Assembly: GCA_963843515.1 (NCBI GenBank)
Contig: CAWJKH010000009.1
Span: forward strand, 7,472 to 71,471
Source: an uncultured Actinomycetota bacterium
GTDB lineage: Bacteria; Actinomycetota; Thermoleophilia; RBG-16-64-13
Direction: 5' to 3'
Length of the DNA stretch: 64,000 bases
Part shown: piece by piece, positions 48,945 through 56,719 of the stretch
Layout of the letters: each line of letters starts with the position of its first letter
How positions within the stretch are numbered: position 1 is the stretch's first letter
Notes under the pieces: model-generated
Told to the model about the DNA's origin: nothing
Database searches by the model: none
What the model saw: only the letters and a program-made list of their open reading frames with translations
Program-made: the position numbers and the translations under genes

Positions 48945-50421
48945 CATGTCTTGAATGGGACCGCAATACGCCCCCGCCGACGAGTGTGAGTTCTACCTAA
49001 TCCAAGCCTAGCCGCGTCCCCGACCGCGCCGGCCGAGGCCTCGATCCCGGGCCTCGATGCGTAGTGGTTGCTCGCCATTGTCGCCGCTCTGACCGTGGCC
49101 CTTACCTCAGAAGAGCTGACGAGGGGAGTCTCGAATTGGCCCAACTGGGTGAAGAGCTCCGGGCATCGTTGGATGCTCTTCGCCCCCATGAGCCCGTAGG
49201 CGAGGCCATCAAAGGCGGCCGCGGAGATCCCCTCCCTGGGGTGTATTGGTTCGGTCCTTTCCAGAAGAGTGCCGGGTAGCGGACAGAGCGTCGACATCTG
49301 GCTCCCTGCACCTCGGCGCAATAGAGACACGTGTAGGTTATAGGTCTCTCTGACGTCGCACGACGTCTCCCAGGGGAAGCCGACGATCAGCGACACGTGG
49401 ACCTGGAATCCCTTGGCGAGCGCATGCTCGAGCATGGCCAGCGACCGATCGAGATCGATTCTCTTTCCGATCTTGTTCAGGGTGCCCTGGGAGGCGCTCT
49501 CGAGGCCCACAAAGATACTCCGGCACCGGCCTTTCCAAAGTACGTCCAAGTCCTCGGCCCGCAGGTGGCTCAGGGTCAGGCTGCAGCCCCAGGTGAGACT
49601 GTCTTGAGCTTCTTGGGCCAGCTGCCCGCAGAGGTCGAGAAGCCAGCGCCGAGAGTTCGCGAGGTTATCACCGATCAGCGAGACGAATGTGAGATCGGTG
49701 AGATCCCGGAGCCGACGGATCTCCTCAAGCACCCTGCCGGTCGATTTCCGACGGACCTTCCTACCCCAATAGACGCTTGTTGAACAGAACGAGCAGCGAC
49801 CCGCACACCCCCGTTCAGCCTCAAGGGGTATCTCTGACCGATCATATTCGGAACAGCTGAGGCTCGCCGCGAAGTCGGGAGCATCGCCGATACAGGGAAG
49901 GTTGTCGAGGTTCGGCTCCGGCTCGCGAGGGACGAAAGGCCGCTCCCTCGTGGCGATGCCCGGAAGGCCGGCTTCGGAACGACTTGCAACCCACTCCGGC
50001 CGCATCAAGAGGTCTCTGAGGGTCCCTTCTGCCTCACCCACGAATACCGCCTCGATCTCCGGGTAGCTTGCCAACGCCGCCTCTGGGTGTACGGAAACAT
50101 GTGGTCCGCCCATCCAGATGCGCAGACGGGGGTGGCGGCGTTTCAGCTCCTGACGAGCCCGATGGAATGGTGGAAGGAACTGCACATCGTGGAAAGACCT
50201 ACGGCCGTGTATCTCTCACCCCGGACGAGGTCCGCGACGCCGCGCACGAGCTCGTCCGAACTCGAAAAGACCTGGCCGGTCAGGGTGTGGAGTTGCAGGA
50301 GGTCAATTGACCCCGAGCATCCCTTTGCGGCGGCCTGCACGGATAGCAGGCCGTAAGGGACGTAGGTCACTATCCGATCCTGGTCGACGAACGGCGCTGG
50401 GACAAGAAGGAGTCTAGACAC
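48902..50421 (-). pseudogene. B12-binding-domain radical SAM protein, -1 frame change near 50150
   Basis: The N-terminal Rossmann-like part 'LLLVPAPF...YGLLSVQAAAKG...VGLSTMCSSFHHSIGLVR' (ORF 50143-50421) continues as 'ELKRRHPRLRIWMGGPHVSVHPE...EAERGCAGRCSFCSTSVYWG' (ORF 48902-50185). Confidence 0.75.
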
Positions 50422-50478
50422 TTGCGGCGGGAGGGCTTGGGCAAGGTTTCACCGGTGCTTGTGGCTCTGCATCGGCGA

Positions 50479-50706
50479 CTATGCGACGCCGGGGCTCTTG
50501 AACGGCTTGGGTACGCGGTACGGTATATTTGCCGCCGCTAAGGCGGCTGACAACTCATCGAACGTCGCGGAGTACATCATGGCGGTGGGCGTGTCGAAGC
50601 CCGCCGCATTCAGCTTTTCCTCCATATCTTCCAAGAAAGCTATGAGCTTGTCTGGATGGTCCACAAATGCCGCCACAATGGGACCGGCATCAAATTCCTC
50701 GGCCAT
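50479..50706 (-). CDS. small acidic protein/peptide (75 aa) immediately upstream of the radical SAM gene
   Basis: ATG at 50706 follows AAAGGGGAG. 'MAEEFDAGPIVAAFVDHPDKLIAFLEDMEEKLNAAGFD...NIPYRVPKPFKSPGVA'. It has an acidic helical N-terminus and a basic Pro-rich C-terminus. Confidence 0.6.
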   Translation of the reverse strand: MAEEFDAGPIVAAFVDHPDKLIAFLEDMEEKLNAAGFDTPTAMMYSATFDELSAALAAANIPYRVPKPFKSPGVA

Positions 50707-50803
50707 AAGTCTCCCCTTTCCGATTCGGGTTCGTACAACAGAGGGTCTTGCAGCAGCAAGCCCTCCCGCCGCCAAGGAAATCAGCCTACTTCGTCGCCCC
50801 GAT

Positions 50804-53800
50804 CTATCCGGCCCCAGGTTCCGCCGACTGGACCGCCGCCGCAGATCTCTCCTCCCACTTCCTCTTCATCTGGACGATCCGCGGGTGATCGGCGCCGCCG
50901 ATATCGGCCATCAATGTGACCGCATTCTCGAAGTCCTCTTCGGCCTCCATCCAACGCGCCTGCTGCCGCCTGAGGTGTGCTCTGCGAAGGCAGAGCTCCG
51001 CGCAGAAGGGATGGTGAGGCGAGAACCTCTCGCTCACCACAGCCTCACTCCGCTCGAGGAAAGCCTCCGCGAGATCCAACCTCCCGCGCGTCATCTCGAC
51101 ACCCGCCAAGGTCCACAGGGCGACCGCTTGACAGTGGTCGACCACTGTCGCCTCCATCCGGCGAAGTACGCTCAGGACAGTCTCCTCCGCCTTGTCAATC
51201 TTGCCTGCCTGCAGTTGCGTCTCGGCCAGAACGGTTAGTGCTTCGAACAGGTGGCGGGGCTCCGCGCCCTCCTCAAGAACCCCAACAGCGTACGCGAGAT
51301 GCTCTTCGGCCTCCAGATACGCCCCCTGGGCGAAGCGAACTTCCGCCAGGTGACGGGCCGCCGAAGCCTTGAGGTAGGGATTGACTATGCCGTCCACGCA
51401 TTCCTGGGCCTGCACCGCCGCCTCCTCCCACCTCCCGTCGACCACGTTCACGGAGGAAAGGTTGATGAGCAGCATCCAGCCTCTCTGCGTACCTTTGAGA
51501 TCGAACCTCCGCAGCGCTTCTTCTATCACCTGTCTCATCTCATCGTGCCGCCCAAGAAAGAAAAGGTTCGTGCTCAGGTAGATATTCAGATCCTGCAGCA
51601 CGCCCGCATCGCCGGACGTCTTGGCTTCCTCAAGAGCGAGTGCTCGACGAAAGACTTCCTCGGACTCGAAGAACCTGTCGTTGTTGAGAAAGCACAGCCC
51701 GAGGATCAGAAGGAGGCGGGTCAGCGACGGGTCGTCATCGCGTCCGGACGCGTCCAGCGATCTTATTGCGCGTTCTGCCAGGTGGATGCATGCGTCGTGC
51801 GCCCCTCGCTGAAAGTGGCAGCCGGCAAGCACGGCCGTGGCAGCCATCGTGCGCGGATCCGTCGGTCCGCAAGCCTTCAAAACCTTGTCGTAGAACACCT
51901 GGGCCGAATCGAGAAGCTCCCCCCCGGATCGTGCCAGCCAGAAGGGTTCGGTTGCCGTGACGAACCATTTGACCTGGCTGTGAGAGTCAGTAGACTCCGA
52001 AGTCTCATCAAACGCTTGCAGCAGTGCCGACATGGCATCGCGGTAGTAGGCGACTGCCTCGGCATCTGCAGCCATGCTCACCGACTGGTCGCCCGCCTTG
52101 AGAAGATAGCTCTGAGCGTTCTGCCAATCCTCAGCTCTGGTGTAGTGATAGGCAAGAATGCCGTACAGGTCCCTTATCTGGCCTGAGTACAGCTCCTCGA
52201 TGGCACGAGCGACCCGACGATGCAGTTCCCGACGCTGCTTGAGAAGTAGCGTGCCGTATGCCGCCTCCTGTACGAGGGCGTGCTTGAATGCATACTCCGG
52301 TTCAGGCTCCAGACGTTTGAGAAAGATGAGCTGGTGGTCCTGTAGCGAGCGCAGGTTTTCGCCGAGCTCCGGCTCGGTCGAGGCAGACAGCGACCGCAGA
52401 AGCCGGCGAAAGAAGCTTCGCCCGATGACGGAGGCGCAGAGCAAGTCCTGCCGCGTTGACTCTGCGAGACGGTCGATACGGGCCGAGATCACGCCCTGAA
52501 CTGTCGATGGTATGGAAAGTTCGCCCTCGATCGTCGCCGTCCATCTTCCGCCCTCGTCCCGTTGGAGCATGGCCAGGTCGATGAGGTGGCGGATGATCTC
52601 CTCGACAAAGAACGGGTTGCCCTCGGAACGGGTCCGGATGGTGCGCATCACTCTGGGCTCGATCTCGCTGCCCCTTAGCAGCTTGGACACGAGCTGTTCC
52701 GTGTATCTCTGCGACAGTGGGCTGAGCTGAATGTGGACGCACTGCGAACCAGCATGGCGACGTGCAGCCTCGAGCAACTCAAGCGTGATCGAATCCGTCC
52801 CAGCTCGTCCTACCAGGCAGATGAGTACTGGTGCCTGCGCCGCGAGTGGGAGCAGGTTCTCGATAAGTGCGGCCGATGACCGGTCGAGCCAGTGAACATC
52901 CTCAAAAGCAAGGATCAGGGGCTTCTCAGTGCTGAGCCTGCGGGCGTAGCGCTGCGCTCGGTCGACGACGATCCTCCGAACGCCCTCCTCCTCCGCCACC
53001 AGAGGCTCGTACTCGCCGAACTGACCCCTGGCAATACCGAGAAGACTGCCCAACACCGGAAGAAAGTCGTCCGCCTTGTCCGCGAACAGCCGCGTGGCCC
53101 GTTCGCGCAGTTTGCGCTCCTTCTCTTCGGCCGAGTCCCCTAGCTCGATGCCGCAGTCCGCCTGCACGATCTCGCGGAACGGAAGGTAACTGATGTTCTG
53201 CCCGTAGGAGAGCGTCCTGGCCTCCAGCCACTTGAGACCGCGGCTCGCGGCTTCACGGCGCACCTCGGCCGTGAGACGAGATTTGCCGACCCCGGCATCG
53301 CCCGTGACGAGGACAACGCAGCCCAGTCCTTCGTCCAATCGGTCTAGAGACGCTCGGAACAGTGCCATCTGCTCGTCTCGCCCCACGAGAGCCGACTCGA
53401 TGCCGCGTCCACCCCGGACCGAAGTCTGGCCGGACTCGACGTTGTTGATCCGCTGATAGGAGAGTTCCCCGGGTCTCCCGCGGATCTTCATCTCCCCGGC
53501 AGGCTCAGCGTCCACGAACCCACCCACCAGCTTGAGCGTCTCCGGGCCCACCAGCACTTCGCCGGGACCCGCTGCATTGGCCAGACATGAAGCGTCATCG
53601 ACGGACTGGCCTATGACTGAGTAGTCGTGAACCCCGTTTCCGAGAGAGCCGGCGATGACCATCCCGGTGTTGATACCGATATGCACCGAGAGGCCCTCTA
53701 CACCTTTCTCGGCTCCGAACTCCGACACCGCATCACGGATGTCCATCGCCGCCCGCACGGCCATCTCCGCATCATTGTCGTGAGCCACAGGAGCGCCGAA

Positions 53801-54739
53801 CAAGGCGATGAAGGTATCCGGTCCCTTGCGTTCGACCCGGCCACCGTAGCGTTCGACGCAAGGAATGATGCAGTCGAAGAGCGCGCCTGCAAGCCCGTGC
53901 AGCGACTCGAAACCAAGTGTCTCGGCCAGGGTGGTGAGACCACCGATGTGGGCGAGAAGGACTGCCACCAGGCGGCGCTCGTCGGCCGTCCTGATGGCCG
54001 CCGCGCATGAGGCGGCGGAGGCGGCGGTCCCCAGGGCCCCCTGCCCATTCCCCGCGGCCGGGAGGGTCCCGGCCTCGTTACCAGTCTCCGTCGTCACTTC
54101 CGAAGGCGCCATCGCGGCCGCCGGCGCCACCAGCTTGTACCCCACGTTCCGTACGGTCTCAATTAATCCGCAGCCGGGCGCCACGGCCTCGAGCTTCTTC
54201 CGCAGGTTGCCCATGTGCACGGTCACGACCCGCGGATCGCCAAACTCGTAGCCCCATACCTGCTCGAGCAGTTCCTGGCGGCTATAGACCCAGCCGGGAT
54301 GGCGGGCGAGATGGCACAGCAGTTCGAACTCCCGGGCGGTGAGGTCCAGGGAGGAGTCCCCGATCCTGGCCTCATGGCCCGCGAAATCGATGGTCAGCGG
54401 CCCCACCACCAGTTGCGGCGCCTCCCGCTCGGCCGAGTCCGGCTTGCCGAGGACCTTTTCAACCTCCGCGAGCAGCGAATCCGGTCCGGACCAAACGCTG
54501 ATAAGCGGGATGGTGTGCGCCTCCGCGAGCACAGCGAGGCTGTCGGCGGCTGTCGGCGTGAGTAGGCGCGGGTCGGCGACGATCACCGCCGGATGGGAGC
54601 GCTGCACCGTCCGCATCGCCGAGGAGGGGGAGTCGGCTGACAGCACGGGGTATCCGGCTCCCAGCAGGATCCTCCGCAGCGGGTCTTGAGGGTCTCGCCG
54701 AGCCACGATCAGAATCTGTGCAGACGGGGTGACGGCCAC
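50804..54739 (-). CDS. 1311-aa multidomain signal-transduction protein: receiver-like + OmpR/PhoB-type winged helix + degenerate class III cyclase-like + P-loop STAND/AAA ATPase + TPR repeats
   Basis: GTG follows GGGAGG. wHTH 'LTAREFELLCHLARHPGWVYSRQELLEQVWG...VTVHMGNLRKKLE...VGYKL'. Cyclase-like 'RRLVAVLLAHIGGLT...IALFGAPVAHDNDAEMAVRAA...HIGINTGMVIAG'. Walker A 'GDAGVGKSRL'. A long TPR-like C-terminus. Confidence 0.85.
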   Translation of the reverse strand: MAVTPSAQILIVARRDPQDPLRRILLGAGYPVLSADSPSSAMRTVQRSHPAVIVADPRLLTPTAADSLAVLAEAHTIPLISVWSGPDSLLAEVEKVLGKPDSAEREAPQLVVGPLTIDFAGHEARIGDSSLDLTAREFELLCHLARHPGWVYSRQELLEQVWGYEFGDPRVVTVHMGNLRKKLEAVAPGCGLIETVRNVGYKLVAPAAAMAPSEVTTETGNEAGTLPAAGNGQGALGTAASAASCAAAIRTADERRLVAVLLAHIGGLTTLAETLGFESLHGLAGALFDCIIPCVERYGGRVERKGPDTFIALFGAPVAHDNDAEMAVRAAMDIRDAVSEFGAEKGVEGLSVHIGINTGMVIAGSLGNGVHDYSVIGQSVDDASCLANAAGPGEVLVGPETLKLVGGFVDAEPAGEMKIRGRPGELSYQRINNVESGQTSVRGGRGIESALVGRDEQMALFRASLDRLDEGLGCVVLVTGDAGVGKSRLTAEVRREAASRGLKWLEARTLSYGQNISYLPFREIVQADCGIELGDSAEEKERKLRERATRLFADKADDFLPVLGSLLGIARGQFGEYEPLVAEEEGVRRIVVDRAQRYARRLSTEKPLILAFEDVHWLDRSSAALIENLLPLAAQAPVLICLVGRAGTDSITLELLEAARRHAGSQCVHIQLSPLSQRYTEQLVSKLLRGSEIEPRVMRTIRTRSEGNPFFVEEIIRHLIDLAMLQRDEGGRWTATIEGELSIPSTVQGVISARIDRLAESTRQDLLCASVIGRSFFRRLLRSLSASTEPELGENLRSLQDHQLIFLKRLEPEPEYAFKHALVQEAAYGTLLLKQRRELHRRVARAIEELYSGQIRDLYGILAYHYTRAEDWQNAQSYLLKAGDQSVSMAADAEAVAYYRDAMSALLQAFDETSESTDSHSQVKWFVTATEPFWLARSGGELLDSAQVFYDKVLKACGPTDPRTMAATAVLAGCHFQRGAHDACIHLAERAIRSLDASGRDDDPSLTRLLLILGLCFLNNDRFFESEEVFRRALALEEAKTSGDAGVLQDLNIYLSTNLFFLGRHDEMRQVIEEALRRFDLKGTQRGWMLLINLSSVNVVDGRWEEAAVQAQECVDGIVNPYLKASAARHLAEVRFAQGAYLEAEEHLAYAVGVLEEGAEPRHLFEALTVLAETQLQAGKIDKAEETVLSVLRRMEATVVDHCQAVALWTLAGVEMTRGRLDLAEAFLERSEAVVSERFSPHHPFCAELCLRRAHLRRQQARWMEAEEDFENAVTLMADIGGADHPRIVQMKRKWEERSAAAVQSAEPGAG

Positions 54740-55041
54740 TGGACCTCCCGAAACAGCACACCTGTACCGCGGAACGAAAGCAACCGCGCCGGTTCTCTAT
54801 GTCGATATTAGGGCAACCGAGCCCCCAGCGCGAGAGGGTCTGAGCGCCGTGAACAAGGGCCGCATGATTGATCGTGAGCGGCGGCGGTGGTTTCGGGGAG
54901 CCCGCGGCGGTCGCAAAGACGCCCGACCGTCTCTGAACACCGCCTGTTTGCTTTTCGAGTTCTTTACCTCTGCTTTGCTTCCCCTTGACCCCCCTCTCCG
55001 AAACTGTAGACGTGAGACAAGGCTTCAGTGGAGGAGGAACC

Positions 55042-55245
55042 ATGAATCCGCAACTGACAATGACAAGGGTCGTCAGGCCAGGCACTCAGTTCTTCTTTGC
55101 CGCCCAGGCGACCTCACGGACGATCAGGCGCGAGCGGCCTACCGCCGGCGTCGCGCCCGCCATGGTCGACGCCACCGCGGTGGACGCCCGCGAGCGTGAC
55201 AGGCAGGAGGCCCTGACGTTTCTGCACCGCCTGGTCATGGGCTGA
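55042..55245 (+). CDS. small ORF P1 (67 aa), paralog of P3
   Basis: ATG lies 5 nt after GGAGGAGG. 'MNPQLTMTRVV...ERDRQEALTFLHRLVMG*'. G+C at third codon positions is high. Confidence 0.5.
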   Translation: MNPQLTMTRVVRPGTQFFFAAQATSRTIRRERPTAGVAPAMVDATAVDARERDRQEALTFLHRLVMG

Positions 55246-55276
55246 GTCGGCCGTCGATGGAAGAAGGAGGCAAACG

Positions 55277-55520
55277 ATGAACGAGATCGCGGCCTTCATG
55301 GTCATCTCGCTCATGACGCGGAGCCGGGTTGGATGGGACGAACGGATGCACCGGTACCCCCTGGCGACCGAACCGGAGCCGAGCGATGGCACCGCGGTGT
55401 GCCGGCTCGGAAAGGCGGCGGGGATGGCCCCCTTGGGCGCCCGCACCCTTCCCGCAACGGGCGTGGCGAGAGCTCCTGCTGAAGCCCCTGGCGGCGAATA
55501 GGCCCTTTGAGGAGGAGTGA
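55277..55520 (+). pseudogene. small ORF P2 (~80 aa), apparent +1 frame change near 55469; its stop overlaps the P3 start
   Basis: ATG follows AAGGAGG. Hydrophobic N-terminus 'MNEIAAFMVISLM'. G+C at third codon positions collapses after ~55468 in the starting frame. It stays high in the +1 frame, which ends in TGA at 55518-55520 and overlaps the P3 ATG (GTGATG). Confidence 0.4.
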
Positions 55521-55724
55521 TGAACCCGCACATGACATTGACCGACGCGGTACGTTGTCGAAGAGCGGTTCGCGGTCGAGGACCACCTTGCACCTCCGAC
55601 GGCTGCCGGGAAAGCCCCGGACCTGCCCGCGGATGCCGGCGAGGCCATCCAGGACCCCACAGATCCGACCGAGCGCAGCCGGCAGGACTCGCTGGACTTC
55701 CTGCGCCGGCTGGTGATGGGGTAG
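55520..55724 (+). pseudogene. small ORF P3 (~68 aa), paralog of P1, apparent +1 frame change near 55550
   Basis: ATG follows GAGGAGGAG. 'MNPHMTLTDA' in the starting frame. The C-terminus homologous to P1, '...ERSRQDSLDFLRRLVMG*', is in the +1 frame. Confidence 0.45.
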
Positions 55725-55897
55725 GTACACCGTGATCGGTGTCGATGCCCGAGGCCGATCCGGTCCCCTCCGGGATCGCCCGGGCTGGTGACGACGGGGC
55801 CCAAGGCTGCCCTGACGCCTGGGGCCCGTCTCGGTCGGCGCCGGCAGCGCCGGCCGCGGCTGTGGTGGGCCGCGCCGGCGCTGCCGCACCTGCTTTC

Positions 55898-56680
55898 TTA
55901 CTCCTTGGTCTCCGGCTCGGCCTCCGAGCCCTCCGGCAGCGCGACGCTGTTGGCGATGATGGCGCCTTTGTCCGTGATCACGCCGATCTCCATCGCGGCG
56001 CCTTCCGCGGTCGCAGCCGCAACCTGGTAGACCACTCCCTCGGCGGTCGCGACGATCACACCGGCGGCGACGGCCTCGTCGGTTATGACGGCAGTGACCA
56101 CTTCGGCAGTCTCCTCATTGGCGGATATCTCCTGGATGGCCAGACCGTCGGCGGCCAGGATGATACCCACGGCCACGTTCTTGTTCTCGGCCAGCCGCGC
56201 CGAGATCTCGTCGGCCAGCCCGGCGACGATGCCGCGGGTGGCCTCGATGTCCACCTGCTGCTGCACGGCTTTGAGGAACTCGTGGCTGGTGATCATGGCG
56301 ATGGCCGACGTCCCCGGCTTGAGCGCCGACCCGATCTTGTCCAGGCTCTCGTTGCGGAACCCTTTGTCGCGCGAGGCGATAGCGCCACCGGCTGCCGCGC
56401 CGAGGGCCGCGCCCGCGGCGATGCCGGCCGGACCGCCAAGGATGCCCAGGATGCCGCCCACCAGCGCCCCTGCACCGGCCCCTCGGCCCGCGGACATGTC
56501 GCCGGTCTCGAAGTAGTGGACCTTGCCCTGGGCGTCCTGCCGAATGACCCCGGCGTCTTCGAAGTAAAACTGGCCCTGCTGCTTGGCCGCGTTCATGGCC
56601 TTCAGGGCCTCTTCGGCCGCCCCCTCATCGGTGAACGCTGCCACCAGGAAACCTACAGCGGGAATGCCTTCTTGTGCCAT
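55898..56680 (-). CDS. DUF1269-family membrane protein
   Basis: 'VAAFTDEGAAEEALKAM...EDAGVIRQDAQGKVHY', followed by the Gly/Ala-rich segment 'GAGAGALVGGILGILGGPAGIAAGAALGAAAGG'. Confidence 0.7.
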   Translation of the reverse strand: MAQEGIPAVGFLVAAFTDEGAAEEALKAMNAAKQQGQFYFEDAGVIRQDAQGKVHYFETGDMSAGRGAGAGALVGGILGILGGPAGIAAGAALGAAAGGAIASRDKGFRNESLDKIGSALKPGTSAIAMITSHEFLKAVQQQVDIEATRGIVAGLADEISARLAENKNVAVGIILAADGLAIQEISANEETAEVVTAVITDEAVAAGVIVATAEGVVYQVAAATAEGAAMEIGVITDKGAIIANSVALPEGSEAEPETKE

Positions 56681-56719
56681 CTCGTCTGCCTCCTCTTATG
56701 TGGTTCGTACCGGCCGCGC

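Noticed and set aside
50804-54739. Reading the cyclase domain plus STAND ATPase plus TPR as an active cyclic-nucleotide defence effector (Pycsar/Avs-like)
   Set aside because: Key catalytic positions of the cyclase-like domain appear substituted (D to H, N to D, R to C by my by-eye alignment). The protein also carries a DNA-binding wHTH. A transcriptional regulator is the more conservative reading. The defence idea remains untested rather than excluded.
54985-55040. Promoter call for the small-ORF trio (TTGACC at 54985-54990)
   Set aside because: There is a good -35-like hexamer, but I found no convincing -10 element at 16-18 bp spacing. It is too weak to annotate.
48081-55554. Programmed +1 frameshifting: two junctions share the heptamer CGGTACG (48081-48087 and 55548-55554)
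   Set aside because: The other eight junctions show no common slippery or shifty motif. Junction positions are only known to within about 10 nt. With ~45 junction pairs, one shared heptamer is expected by chance. Indel error or pseudogenisation is more parsimonious.
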